Origin: a virus | Length of the DNA stretch: 60,163 bases | Virus record (IMG/VR): IMGVR_UViG_3300012090_000001 | Span: 1-60,163 of that record | Direction: 5' to 3' (one strand) | Shown here: positions 1 through 8,939 of the stretch, piece by piece | Position numbering within the stretch: position 1 is the first letter of the stretch | Layout: each line of letters begins with the position of its first letter | Translations under genes and position numbers: made by a program | The notes under the pieces: model-generated | Seen by the model: the letters and a program-made list of their open reading frames with translations, nothing else | Database searches by the model: none | What the model was told of the DNA's origin: nothing

Positions 1-123
1 AGCTTCAAGGTGGGATGGCTAAGATCATTAGCAGCCCAGCCGTAGAAGCCGTTGCCGTCCTGGAGGCTCTGCTGGGCCCAGTTCCCGCCGAGGGTCGTCG
101 TGAAGTCGTCGACGCGCTCGATC
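1..123. repeat. Terminal direct repeat copy 1 (identical to 60041..60163)
   Basis: Exact 123/123 nt identity read directly from both ends of the window. Confidence 0.97.
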
Positions 124-206
124 CACGTCGCCGTGAATTCCGAAGGGGCCATCGACGCGCCCCACGTCATCACCAGGCGGACATCGCCGTTGAATTGGAT
201 GCTCAT
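1..206 (-). CDS. 5' end (66 codons) of the giant tail-associated gene; continues at 60040 in circular coordinates
   Basis: The minus frame of ORF 55870..60048 stays open through 60049-60163 (=9-123) and 124-203 up to ATG at 204-206, preceded by GGAAG. Added peptide MSIQFNGDVRLVMTWGAS...AANDLSHPT has G/C-rich third positions. Confidence 0.7.
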   Translation of the reverse strand, partial: MSIQFNGDVRLVMTWGASMAPSEFTATWIERVDDFTTTLGGNWAQQSLQDGNGFYGWAANDLSHPTLK

Positions 207-241
207 TGGTTGTGGCTTCCGAGGGGGACTGGGGTCTTCGG

Positions 242-811
242 TCAGAAGCCGCCGATGAGGATCGCGCCGGGGAAGAACGAGGGGGACGAACCCGTGTCGT
301 CGAACATCAGCCCACTTACAACGGCGTTGGGGCCGGCTGTGGTCGTCACCGCGATCTTGACGCTGCCCGTGATCGTCCACCGGAGCCAGGTGCCGTTGTG
401 GAACGATGGGGAGAGGGTTTGGGTGTCGAGGACGGAATCGTCGGCGGCGTCGAGGATCTGAAACTGATTGCCGCGGACAGTGCTGTCGAAGTCGACGGCG
501 TAGATGCTGAGGATGTACGAGCGGGATTCGGAGTCGAGGGCCAGGGTAAAAGAGAACCCAGAGCCCACGTCGAACCAGCAAGTCGCGTAACGACTGAGCC
601 CGTCGTAGTTCTGCAAGGCGCGAGGGTCGGTCGACGGTTCTTCCCAGCCGTTGTCGCTGGTCCCGCTCTTCGTAAACGTGACCCACGACGGAAGGTGCGT
701 GAGGTCGGTGGGGAGCGTGTAGCCGTCAATCACGGCCCCGGCAGCGCCATAGACGCCGATCCACGTACCTTGAGTGGTCGTGTCGGTGCTAAGGAAGGTT
801 GCGGTGCTCAT
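242..811 (-). CDS. Hypothetical tail-distal structural protein (189 aa)
   Basis: ORF track; starts 4 nt after the stop of the tail-fibre gene on the same strand; no motif recognised. Confidence 0.7.
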   Translation of the reverse strand: MSTATFLSTDTTTQGTWIGVYGAAGAVIDGYTLPTDLTHLPSWVTFTKSGTSDNGWEEPSTDPRALQNYDGLSRYATCWFDVGSGFSFTLALDSESRSYILSIYAVDFDSTVRGNQFQILDAADDSVLDTQTLSPSFHNGTWLRWTITGSVKIAVTTTAGPNAVVSGLMFDDTGSSPSFFPGAILIGGF

Positions 812-814
812 GGT

Positions 815-2734
815 TTAGGCGGCGCTCCAGGCTACGAAGACGGTGGCGTGGGTCGCGTCGATGAAGAGCAGGGTGAGGGTGAGGGCCTTGCCAGCCGCCG
901 GGGTGGCCGGGGCGCTCCCCGACGCCGTACGCCAGTCGTAGGTGATCCCGCCGGGCAGGGCGTACGTGTAGGCGGTGCTGGCGTCCTGCTTGATGTCGAT
1001 GAGCACCCTGCGGGCGGCGGCGTTGCTGAAGGCGAAGGTCGCGTTCGCGTTCAGCGTGACGACCCAGTTGGCCTTGGCGCCGAGGTCGAGGGTGGGGGTT
1101 GCGCCCGTGGCCGTGCCGACCGCCGTCGTGCAACTGTCGATCTGCTGGGCGGTGGCGGAGGTGTTGAGAGTGCCCGTGGATAGGGCAAGCGTCGACCCTA
1201 TCGAGCCCTCGCTGAAACTGCCGGCGGCCGAAGCGACGATGATCTTGTTCGACCCGGTGGCCGCGATGAACTTCCCGAAGTCGACCTTGCGGGCCCCGAT
1301 CGTGGATACGGCAGAGCCCGGGCCAGACGCAGTTACATCCCCAGTCAGGGCGGTGATCCCATCACCACCACCATCCAGGAACACCGCGTCGAAGTTGGCA
1401 AGCCACGATGAGGACTTCGTCTTCCAGGTGAAGATGAGGTCGATCGGGTGGGTCGCGTCGTAGTCGGTGCCGGCGACCGGGGCCGACCCGTTGCGCCAGA
1501 CGATCGCGTTGGAGCCCGACCCGCCAAAGCTCAAGGCATGCCCGTTAAGCCAGACCGTCGCGTTGACCCTCGCCCCAGCAGCCCCCCCGCTCAGCGTGAT
1601 CGTCGAGTCGCCGGTCAGGTCAAGCTCGTAGTTCGTCGCCGTCCCTGCGGCAAGCGTAACCGCCCCAGTCGTGGGGCTGGCCGTCGCCGGAACGCTCTTG
1701 TACTGGTTGATGGTCAGGCTAGTCGTAGGCAAGTTCGCCGCGACGTCTGTCGCGAACGTGCCGAGGCTGAGGTCGCCCTTGAGGTACTGGGAGGTCGAGC
1801 CCGTCGTGAGAACGTTCTGCTTCGTCGAGAGACCGGACGTCAGAGACGCCGACGTCGCGTAGCTCTGATTCGACGCCGCGGTGACGAGCCCCTTAGCGTT
1901 GACTGTCAGCCCCTGGAAGGTCCCGACGTTGCTGTTGACCGTGGCGAGGGTCAGTGCGACATCGCCCGTTCCAGACGCGGAGCCGTCGCCGTGGATCGCG
2001 GTGATGCCGTCCCCACCGCCACCGCCGCCGGTTGAGCTGATGACGTACGGGTCGACCGCCGTCCCCGACCCCGTGATCGTGACGTTCTCGCCGTCGGAGA
2101 TCAGCCCGGCGATCGTGGTTGCCGGAGCCCCGACGACTTTCAGCGTCGTCCCGTTGAACGCCAGGGAGTTCGTGTCAATCGTGATATGGCGATAGGAGCC
2201 AGTCCCCACCGCACCGACGAGCCCAGACCCCGTGGCGTCCAGCATCTTGCTGAACCCAACCGCCTTCGCCTGAATGGTGTTGGACGAGACGGCGTTGGTG
2301 TTGATCGTGGCGGGGACGTTCCCGGCTCCAGTGGCCGAGACATCGCCGTACAATCCCGTGATGCCGCCGGTCATTCCCGCTACGGCATCGGCGGTGTCGT
2401 CCAGCTTCTGAAAGTCCTCGGCGGTCGGCGACGACCCGTAGATGACCCAGCCCACGCCGATCGGCACGTCGGCCTCTTCCAGCGTGGACGCGGGATCGAC
2501 CGCGACGCCGGTGAGGCGATTACCGTCGATGCCGGTCGCCAGGTAAGCCGTCGTCGCCGGCTCCAGGTTGGTCGGTGCGACCATCAGGCGGATCGGCTCG
2601 TCGGGAGTGGGCACGTCCGTGCCTCGCTTGAACTTGTCGATCGTGCCGCTCGTGACCTCGATCCAGCCTTGGCCGAGGTTGAACCCGGCGACGCGGGACT
2701 TCGACCCGTCGACGCGGAAATATCGGTTAGCCAT
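815..2734 (-). CDS. Tail fibre protein (639 aa)
   Basis: Repeated GDGIT(A)..GD(V/G)(T/S)ASG.G blocks and VNSNVGTFQGLTVNAKGLVTAA-type motif typical of phage fibre repeats; position at the end of the tail module. Confidence 0.75.
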   Translation of the reverse strand: MANRYFRVDGSKSRVAGFNLGQGWIEVTSGTIDKFKRGTDVPTPDEPIRLMVAPTNLEPATTAYLATGIDGNRLTGVAVDPASTLEEADVPIGVGWVIYGSSPTAEDFQKLDDTADAVAGMTGGITGLYGDVSATGAGNVPATINTNAVSSNTIQAKAVGFSKMLDATGSGLVGAVGTGSYRHITIDTNSLAFNGTTLKVVGAPATTIAGLISDGENVTITGSGTAVDPYVISSTGGGGGGDGITAIHGDGSASGTGDVALTLATVNSNVGTFQGLTVNAKGLVTAASNQSYATSASLTSGLSTKQNVLTTGSTSQYLKGDLSLGTFATDVAANLPTTSLTINQYKSVPATASPTTGAVTLAAGTATNYELDLTGDSTITLSGGAAGARVNATVWLNGHALSFGGSGSNAIVWRNGSAPVAGTDYDATHPIDLIFTWKTKSSSWLANFDAVFLDGGGDGITALTGDVTASGPGSAVSTIGARKVDFGKFIAATGSNKIIVASAAGSFSEGSIGSTLALSTGTLNTSATAQQIDSCTTAVGTATGATPTLDLGAKANWVVTLNANATFAFSNAAARRVLIDIKQDASTAYTYALPGGITYDWRTASGSAPATPAAGKALTLTLLFIDATHATVFVAWSAA

Positions 2735-2752
2735 GGGAGGATGAGTCCTCTT

Positions 2753-3016
2753 TCAATACGGTGCGATGGATTCCGCAGCGAGCGGGTCGACGCGAGGGGT
2801 GGAAGGGATGTCGTCGGGGGTCATGGTGACCGCCGCGAGAGGGTCGGCCACGCGACGGCGGGGCGGCAAGCCGGTCGTCCGCTCGCCGGTCCAGCCGAGG
2901 CAGAGCGTGTCGGAGAGGCAGCACATCAGGGGAAGGCTGAAGCACACGTCCTCTCGCTCTCCAGTCCACGCCAGGGGCAGCGTGTCGGAGAGGCACGAAA
3001 GCAATGGGGCGGCCAT
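2753..3016 (-). CDS. Cys-rich small protein with internal 25-aa tandem duplication (87 aa)
   Basis: CLSDTLPLAWTGERED / CLSDTLCLGWTGERTTG repeat. 17-nt exact repeat agcgtgtcggagaggca at 2904-2920 and 2979-2995. G/C-rich third positions in this frame. Confidence 0.55.
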   Translation of the reverse strand: MAAPLLSCLSDTLPLAWTGEREDVCFSLPLMCCLSDTLCLGWTGERTTGLPPRRRVADPLAAVTMTPDDIPSTPRVDPLAAESIAPY

Positions 3017-3029
3017 CGTTCTGTGGTCC

Positions 3030-3404
3030 TCAGCTCATGGACTGGATGCAGGCCGTGCAGTCGCGGACGGATACGTCGCGGCCCAAGGCGTGGCAGTGGG
3101 CGAGGCCGGAGCAGCCGCAGGAGGGTTTGCCGCCGTAAAAGCAGGCGAGCCCGAGGCGGGACCTGGTCGTGGCGAGGGTGAGACGAGGGGCCGCAGCGGC
3201 GAACGCCGGCGCGCCGCCAGCGACCGGCGGCGGCTCTTCATCACCGCCTGAATCCACGATCGGTGCCGGCTCCTCGGTCGGGTCGCTCCCGAGCCACAGC
3301 TCGAACGACTTCGGCCTCGGCCTGATCGCGCAGGCGTAGCGGTAACCGTCGACCTGGCCCCAGCACGACCCTTCAATAGGGCAGCGGTCGCACTTGTCGT
3401 TCAC
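3030..3404 (-). CDS. Cys-rich protein (124 aa)
   Basis: C-terminal part of ORF 3030..4196. GTG at 3404-3402 overlaps the upstream stop (GTGA). Motifs CDRCPIEGSC and CGCSGLAHCH...CTAC. Confidence 0.6.
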   Translation of the reverse strand: MNDKCDRCPIEGSCWGQVDGYRYACAIRPRPKSFELWLGSDPTEEPAPIVDSGGDEEPPPVAGGAPAFAAAAPRLTLATTRSRLGLACFYGGKPSCGCSGLAHCHALGRDVSVRDCTACIQSMS

Positions 3405-4225
3405 GGGGCTTCGGTCACCGTGATGTCGGAGATGGGGGAGAATCCGCCGAAAGTGAACGTGACGTTGAGCGGGCTGGCGTTGTTGACCGTGCCGACGCCC
3501 GCCTGGATTCCGCCGGAGCCGCCGACGTTGCCCGAGCAGCCGCCGTCCGAATACCAGAATATCGTGTTCCTGGGGTCGGCTGGGTTGACGCCCGCGCACG
3601 TCGTCCCGGCCCCGTAATCCGCCCGGTTCGCGCCGAACTGGACGCTGGCGGACAGGCCGCCGGAAACCGCCACGGCGACCCTCGCGTCGATCGTCCCGGG
3701 GGCGATGTCGCCGGGGGCGATCGTGGGGATGAAGGCTCCGCAGGTGATCGCCGATCGGCTCGTGTTCGACTTCGCCGACACAGAGGGGTGCGGACAGCCG
3801 TTGCCGTTGCAGGAAGAGATCGTGAACGAGCCGCCGCTGGAAGGCGTTATGGTCAGGGGCATCTTCGCGGGATACGGCGTGCTGCTCAGGCAGCAGGAAT
3901 AGCCGGCCGCATTGTTCAGATGGACCGTCGGGCTCGCCGTGAGGCCGACTTTGCAGGCCGAGAACGACCCTGTCGCGCTGGCGAACCGGCCGGACGGGTG
4001 GGTGATGGTGTAGGTCCCGCTGTTCGCGCCGAACCCCACCACCGCTTGGCCCGAAGAATTCGTGGTGCCCGTGCTGGTCGTGATGCCCGTCGCCGTCAGG
4101 GTGACGACAGCCCCGGGGAGCGGTTGCGAATTGCAACCCGTCACGGTGAACGTCAGCGTGCAGACCGGCGGCGTCTCGCCGCAGTCGCAGTTGCACGGGC
4201 CGGGGGTGAATCGATTGAGCGGCAT
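3401..4225 (-). CDS. Cys-rich tail-module protein with carboxypeptidase-regulatory-like beta-sandwich N-terminus (274 aa)
   Basis: TLTFTVTGCNSQPLPGAVVTLTATG...TNSSGQAVV...GTYTITH pattern; many Cys (PCNCDCGETPPVC). Confidence 0.65.
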   Translation of the reverse strand: MPLNRFTPGPCNCDCGETPPVCTLTFTVTGCNSQPLPGAVVTLTATGITTSTGTTNSSGQAVVGFGANSGTYTITHPSGRFASATGSFSACKVGLTASPTVHLNNAAGYSCCLSSTPYPAKMPLTITPSSGGSFTISSCNGNGCPHPSVSAKSNTSRSAITCGAFIPTIAPGDIAPGTIDARVAVAVSGGLSASVQFGANRADYGAGTTCAGVNPADPRNTIFWYSDGGCSGNVGGSGGIQAGVGTVNNASPLNVTFTFGGFSPISDITVTEAP

Positions 4226-4226
4226 G

Positions 4227-4589
4227 TCAGCCCGTGGAGCAACCTTGGCCGATGACTACGTAGGCGTCGTCCCGGGTCTTGCCCAGGATCAGCCGCTTGC
4301 TCGCCTCGGTCGCGTCGGGATACTTGTTGATGACTGTTTGGCTGCCCAGCGAGGCGTCGCCGCTCGCCTTGATCTCATACACCGTGAGGCTGGCGGTCGA
4401 TCCGGCCGCGATGGTCGTCGCCCCGGGGTCGGTAAAGTAAACTCCGCCCGACGATCCGTTGCTCGGCCCCATGCCGCCGCTCGCCGCGGCCTGCTGTTCA
4501 ACCGCGGCCATGCGGGAGAACAACTGCTTGACGTCGTCACGGATTTTAAGCAACCACCGCTCGACTTCGTGGATATAACGAGTACTCAT
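4227..4589 (-). CDS. Hypothetical tail-module protein (120 aa)
   Basis: ORF track; 4-nt overlap with the upstream gene and 2-nt gap to the downstream gene. Confidence 0.7.
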   Translation of the reverse strand: MSTRYIHEVERWLLKIRDDVKQLFSRMAAVEQQAAASGGMGPSNGSSGGVYFTDPGATTIAAGSTASLTVYEIKASGDASLGSQTVINKYPDATEASKRLILGKTRDDAYVVIGQGCSTG

Positions 4590-7162
4590 GGAGCGTCGTG
4601 GCCTCGGTCTCTGGCTTCGTCCAGATCTCGCTGATGCTGATCAGCCTTGGCTTTCGAGTCCATTCGAGCCTGCTCAAGGTCCGCCTGATGTTGGGCAGCC
4701 TTCGCCTCCCCTTGGTCCCGCACGGCCTTTGCTTGCGACTCGGTTTCTGCGGATTTATCACGCCCACGATCGCGGACAGCTTGCGCCTGAATTTCTCTTT
4801 GAGATGCTTTGTCCTTGCCTGCATCTCGGACAGATTGAGCCTGGGCTTCCCGGTCTGCCGCCTTGGCTTCGCCTCTGCTGCGTACTGTCGCTGCATCATC
4901 GCCGCCTCTGGCGCGTTCAAGGTCGGCCGTGGGACGATCGGCGTCCCGACGCATTGCCGCCTTGTTGGCCTCGCGGTCGGAATAGCTTCGTGCACCCGAT
5001 GGCGTGTCATCTCGGGCCGAACGGGGATCTTTCCAAGGGGTGTTGTCCCTCGCCGACGTGGAATCGCGGGAAGACCTCATGTCGCGGCCGTTGTTCCAGT
5101 TGATGAAGTCTTGGTCGCCGCCCCCGAAGTCGGAGCCGCCGGGCTCGTTGAAGCCCATGTCTCCGCCGTCGTCCATGACTACGGAACCATCTCCGCCATC
5201 CCCTGCGTAAGACGTGCTCTCGTAACCGCCCATCATCGGCGAGTCGGCGTAACCGAGGGTGCCGTCGGAGGGGCGGCGCTCGGGAGCCAAGTAGGCCGCG
5301 ACGGACTGCGCGGCTCGACGGTTGCTGAGTTGCATCGTCATCGTGTAGGTCGCGGCCGACCGGGTGTTCCAGATCAAGTCGGTGGCGATAGCAGGGATGT
5401 TGAGACCTTCCCAGCCTGTCGTGTAGGAAGAAGACTCAAGCGAAATCCCCAGGCCGAACGTCAGCCCCGGCACGAACATGTCGTCAATCGTCACCGACCC
5501 CTCGATCATCGCGTCCTTGACGCTGTCGAGGACGTCTTGGGCGTAGGTCTCCATGTTCGTCTGGTTCGCGGGGTCGCGCCAGCCGTCAACCGTCACCGTG
5601 AGGGTTTCCGCCAAGCCGTCGACGGTGTTGGACGTCCCGTCGAATCCGCTGGCCGGCTTGGTCGCAGTCAAGAACGATGTGTTAACCGCGACCATCGCCC
5701 GCACGTCGGCGGGGGGGGCGTTGTTGGCGAAACTGTAAGTCGGAGTCTGGAAGATGATGATGCCGGTGGACGGGTCGATCGAGTAGATCGGGTCGGGGAA
5801 CTCGTTGTAGGGAGGCGATCCCGAGTCGCTCCAGAGCACGGAGCCGATGGGGTAGGAGGTCAACGTGGCTGCGCCCCCGCTGGCCGTCGTGTAAGGCACC
5901 GGATAAGTGAACCGACGGGCTAGGGCAGCGGCCAGGGTCGTGTCGGCCACCTTATACTTTCGCCAGACGAACGACGCCCCGCTGCTCAGCCCGTAGATCG
6001 CATAGCCGTCGTAATTAACGGCCTGTAGCGGCGTTTCGAGGGTGACGGTGGAGGTTCCCCCGCTCGTCTTGGCGGTATTCGCCACGATGCGACTGGAGTC
6101 GCCGAGGATGATGCCGGTTCCGGTCGCCTTCCAAACGTACAACCGTCCTTGCCTATGCGTCTGATCCCACTCGTTAGAACCCCACGTTTGGGTTCCGGGG
6201 TTGGACGTCAAAACGACGTGGGTCGTGTCCGTGCAGGAACAGGACCCCATCGACCGGGCGTCCGCATCTTGCAGGTAGTCGTTGGGCGTCCATATCGCCT
6301 TGGCGGTCGCGTTGTCGTTCGTGCCCCACGCGAAGTCTTCAAGGAGTGTGCCCGCCGCAACGCTAAGGAGCACCGGGCGAGTCCACGCCTGCCCTCGAAT
6401 CACCACCCGCTGGTAGCATTCGGATACAGAGCGGGATAGGCCGGAGGGGACGATGCGAGCGTCGCAGTCGTCCATTTCGATGACGTTCTCGGTGACCGCT
6501 CTCAGATCGATGAACCGAATCACGCCATCGGGCCGAACCCACATCGCGTGGTTGGGAGCCCATGCGTTCAAGAACGAATCGATCGCCGTAAGCAACGCTT
6601 CGCCGCCGATCCTCACGGGCTGGGGAGGGATCAGCGTGAGTGCCGCCAGGTCCGTCACCGTGTCGGGGGGCAATACGGCCGGTGGGCCCATGCTGACGTA
6701 AGCCCCGATACCGTGGGCTACGAGGGCGGTCGCGTTGGCATCGGACGTCAGCGCATCGGTGATGATCTGGCCGATCGTCCGCCCCAGCCTAGCGTCGATC
6801 TTGTCCGGGTCTTCGGCGTCGTAGTTGTACGTGCCGAAATCCATGAGGGTGTTCGAGTCCGTGTAGGGGACGCGGTCTCCCCTCGCCCTCAAATCCCGGC
6901 ACTGGTAGATCGTCTGCCAGCCCTTCTCGCCCGGCTGCGGGTCGGCCTCGGTGATGTCGCCGCTGAAGACGAGATTCCCATCGATGGAGAGCGAGACCGT
7001 CTTCCCACAGTAGGGATCGACGGCCTCCCGCTCCCGGGCGGTCCTTTCCAGCGTCAACGTGGAGATTCCACGCAGGCGCAGGCTCAGCCGCTTAGGCCAG
7101 GGCGTGACGGCGTTGATCGCCACGGCCGAGCCGTCGATCGTCAAGGTGGTCGTGTGGGACAT
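4586..7162 (-). CDS. Large tail protein (858 aa; distal-tail/tip candidate) with charged C-terminal repeats
   Basis: Immediately downstream of the tape-measure candidate; long ORF with coding-like composition. Confidence 0.7.
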   Translation of the reverse strand: MSHTTTLTIDGSAVAINAVTPWPKRLSLRLRGISTLTLERTAREREAVDPYCGKTVSLSIDGNLVFSGDITEADPQPGEKGWQTIYQCRDLRARGDRVPYTDSNTLMDFGTYNYDAEDPDKIDARLGRTIGQIITDALTSDANATALVAHGIGAYVSMGPPAVLPPDTVTDLAALTLIPPQPVRIGGEALLTAIDSFLNAWAPNHAMWVRPDGVIRFIDLRAVTENVIEMDDCDARIVPSGLSRSVSECYQRVVIRGQAWTRPVLLSVAAGTLLEDFAWGTNDNATAKAIWTPNDYLQDADARSMGSCSCTDTTHVVLTSNPGTQTWGSNEWDQTHRQGRLYVWKATGTGIILGDSSRIVANTAKTSGGTSTVTLETPLQAVNYDGYAIYGLSSGASFVWRKYKVADTTLAAALARRFTYPVPYTTASGGAATLTSYPIGSVLWSDSGSPPYNEFPDPIYSIDPSTGIIIFQTPTYSFANNAPPADVRAMVAVNTSFLTATKPASGFDGTSNTVDGLAETLTVTVDGWRDPANQTNMETYAQDVLDSVKDAMIEGSVTIDDMFVPGLTFGLGISLESSSYTTGWEGLNIPAIATDLIWNTRSAATYTMTMQLSNRRAAQSVAAYLAPERRPSDGTLGYADSPMMGGYESTSYAGDGGDGSVVMDDGGDMGFNEPGGSDFGGGDQDFINWNNGRDMRSSRDSTSARDNTPWKDPRSARDDTPSGARSYSDREANKAAMRRDADRPTADLERARGGDDAATVRSRGEAKAADREAQAQSVRDAGKDKASQREIQAQAVRDRGRDKSAETESQAKAVRDQGEAKAAQHQADLEQARMDSKAKADQHQRDLDEARDRGHDAP
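4667..4885 (-). repeat. Four tandem 18-19-aa (54-57 nt) charged repeats inside CDS 4586..7162
   Basis: VRSRGEAKAADREAQAQS / VRDAGKDKASQREIQAQA / VRDRGRDKSAETESQAKA / VRDQGEAKAAQHQADLEQA. Confidence 0.85.
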
Positions 7163-7171
7163 GGGGTGAGA

Positions 7172-8476
7172 TCAGGTTCCGCGGGGGAGGCGGGTGCGGG
7201 TGGTTCTGGCTTCCTGGCGGACTTGATTCCAGAATCCGTTCATCGCGGAGGCGTCCTGCTGGAGCTTCCGCATGGTGCCGAGCATCTCGCGGATTGCAGC
7301 GCGGGCCGCATCTCCTGGGTTCACGCCCGCCCCCACGTACTGGCGGGCGTTCTTAAGAATGTCGCCCATCTCTTCGCCCGGGTTGTACCCAAACTGTCCT
7401 TGGGCGATGCGGCGGATATCAGCGGAGTCGCGTGCGTCGCGGACCCGCTGGTTCATCTTCACTTTGTCTTCGGGCGTGTCGATCTGGATCGCCTTTGAGG
7501 CGTCCATAGACTGCTTGACCGTCGCATCAACCTCTGCGTTCTTGGCTTGACGGGCGTCTCTCTGGGCCTTCTCGTTATTCGCGATAGCTAGGCGGTTTTC
7601 CCATTCTGCTTGCTGCTGCTTGAATCGATCGTCGGCGATAGTTTCAGGGTCGAACTGATTTAGCAACCTATCGAACTGCTGGTTCGAGCCCTTGAGGAAG
7701 CCGATCGACTGTTGATTTCCGCCGAGCGCGTTCTTGATGTCCTCGGCGACGCCGGCCCTACGTCCCGCGTCTGTACCACCGATAGCGTCGATCAAAGCCT
7801 TGCCGCCGCCGAACGCCTCCAATGCCTTCCTGAATCCCTCGGTCTCCTCGGAATCCTTGCCCTTTACGGATGCTGCGGCCTTCTCGTTCTCGGCGGCGAC
7901 AACCTGTGCGTTCAGCTTGTTGAACTCTGCTAGTTCAACGTTCGTGAGAACCTGCTGATCGGCAAGTTCCTTGAGCCGCTTCTTCGACTCGGTCAGGGCA
8001 TCATTGAACCCAACGACCCCTTGAGCACCCTTCGGGACTTCGTTCGCCCCCTCCTGCCAAGCCTTCCACCAGTTGTTGATAATCGGCGTGGCCACATAGG
8101 CGGCTACACCAGCCGCCGTCAGGGCTCCAGCGAGCCCCGCGGGGCCGCCGATCGCTGTAACCAGCCCTTCGATATTGTTCAAAATGCCGCCGACACCGCC
8201 TTGTGCGAAGTCTTGCGTGATTCGGCCAAGCTCCAGGGTGGCTCGGCCCAGCCCCTTGGTTTCGCCTTCCAGTTTCTTGATCTGATTGGTTAGATCTGCG
8301 GCTTTCTCGGCGAACGGCCGCGCGGAGGCCGTGTACGCCGAGATGCCAATTGAATTGGCCTGATACTGTTCGGCGAGCGACTTAAGGCTCGCTTCCTGCT
8401 GCTGGAGATCCTTGGTGAGTTCCGCGATCTTCTCAGCGTTCTTGAACTGAACGATGATCGTGTCAACTTGATCCAC
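7172..8476 (-). CDS. Tape measure protein candidate (434 aa)
   Basis: Coiled-coil-rich, with a central Gly/Ala hydrophobic stretch (GGVGGILNNIEGLVTAIGGPAGLAGALTAAGVAAYVA); position between tail chaperone-like genes and large tail proteins. Confidence 0.6.
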   Translation of the reverse strand: MDQVDTIIVQFKNAEKIAELTKDLQQQEASLKSLAEQYQANSIGISAYTASARPFAEKAADLTNQIKKLEGETKGLGRATLELGRITQDFAQGGVGGILNNIEGLVTAIGGPAGLAGALTAAGVAAYVATPIINNWWKAWQEGANEVPKGAQGVVGFNDALTESKKRLKELADQQVLTNVELAEFNKLNAQVVAAENEKAAASVKGKDSEETEGFRKALEAFGGGKALIDAIGGTDAGRRAGVAEDIKNALGGNQQSIGFLKGSNQQFDRLLNQFDPETIADDRFKQQQAEWENRLAIANNEKAQRDARQAKNAEVDATVKQSMDASKAIQIDTPEDKVKMNQRVRDARDSADIRRIAQGQFGYNPGEEMGDILKNARQYVGAGVNPGDAARAAIREMLGTMRKLQQDASAMNGFWNQVRQEARTTRTRLPRGT

Positions 8477-8479
8477 GGA

Positions 8480-8902
8480 TCACTTCTCCCCTCTCCAGAC
8501 CCAATCACGGATTGCGTCCATCGCATTCTTGCGATCGACGTCTCTAAAGCCGCCCGGGTCCCGCCTGGGAAGGTGCTTACCGCCTTCGCGGTGATACCTG
8601 ATCCACTCCATCGGCCAGCCAGCAATAACCTGGAGCGTTCCCGGGAGCCTCTTGAACGCTACCGTGTACTGAGAAATCACCCGCGACGACGAATAACGAG
8701 GGACGAGGGGTGGCCCGGAGAATCGCTTCTTGTTTGCCAGGGTCGACTTGGCGAGGGGAGTAAACGGTCTTCCGTTGGCATCGTTCCCCAACAGCAGGTG
8801 CTCTTTCTTGCCCTCGGTGTAGATCCTCTTAAGCCGCGGCTCAACAGGACTCATGTCTTGAATCCGGGCCTGGATCGAGCGGTATTTATCAAGAAGTCCC
8901 AT
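8480..8902 (-). CDS. Tail completion / virion morphogenesis-like protein (140 aa)
   Basis: GRPFTPLAKSTL...VISQYTV...LQVIAGWPMEWIRYHREGG resembles the Mu G-type morphogenesis family, by eye. Confidence 0.5.
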   Translation of the reverse strand: MGLLDKYRSIQARIQDMSPVEPRLKRIYTEGKKEHLLLGNDANGRPFTPLAKSTLANKKRFSGPPLVPRYSSSRVISQYTVAFKRLPGTLQVIAGWPMEWIRYHREGGKHLPRRDPGGFRDVDRKNAMDAIRDWVWRGEK

Positions 8903-8910
8903 GTGTTCAG

Positions 8911-8939
8911 TTGCAGTCGCGGGGTCGACGTCCTAGATT
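8911..8939 (+). promoter_or_regulatory. sigma70-like promoter for opposite-strand moron
   Basis: TTGCAG (8911-8916), 17-nt spacer, TAGATT (8934-8939), 49 nt upstream of ATG 8988. Confidence 0.4.

Noticed and set aside
2886-2995. The 75-nt-period repeat next to the tail fibre, considered as a diversity-generating retroelement (template/variable repeat).
   Set aside because: No reverse transcriptase or Avd-like gene exists anywhere in the genome. Both copies are in the same small ORF, and the differences are not adenine-specific. It is a simple tandem duplication.
4667-4885. Tandem repeats here and at 26334-26390 and 40023-40046, considered as CRISPR arrays.
   Set aside because: Units are 7-57 nt without unique spacers of constant length, they lie inside coding sequence or are only 2-5 copies, and there are no cas genes.
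8290-8625. Search for the canonical -1 frameshifted tail-chaperone pair (G/GT) upstream of the tape measure gene, with ORF 8290..8625 as the possible T extension.
   Set aside because: The overlapping ORF translates to an Arg/Ser-rich shadow sequence. No slippery heptamer was seen at the end of 8480..8902 or 9922..10146, and the genes are separated rather than nested. No frameshift is claimed.
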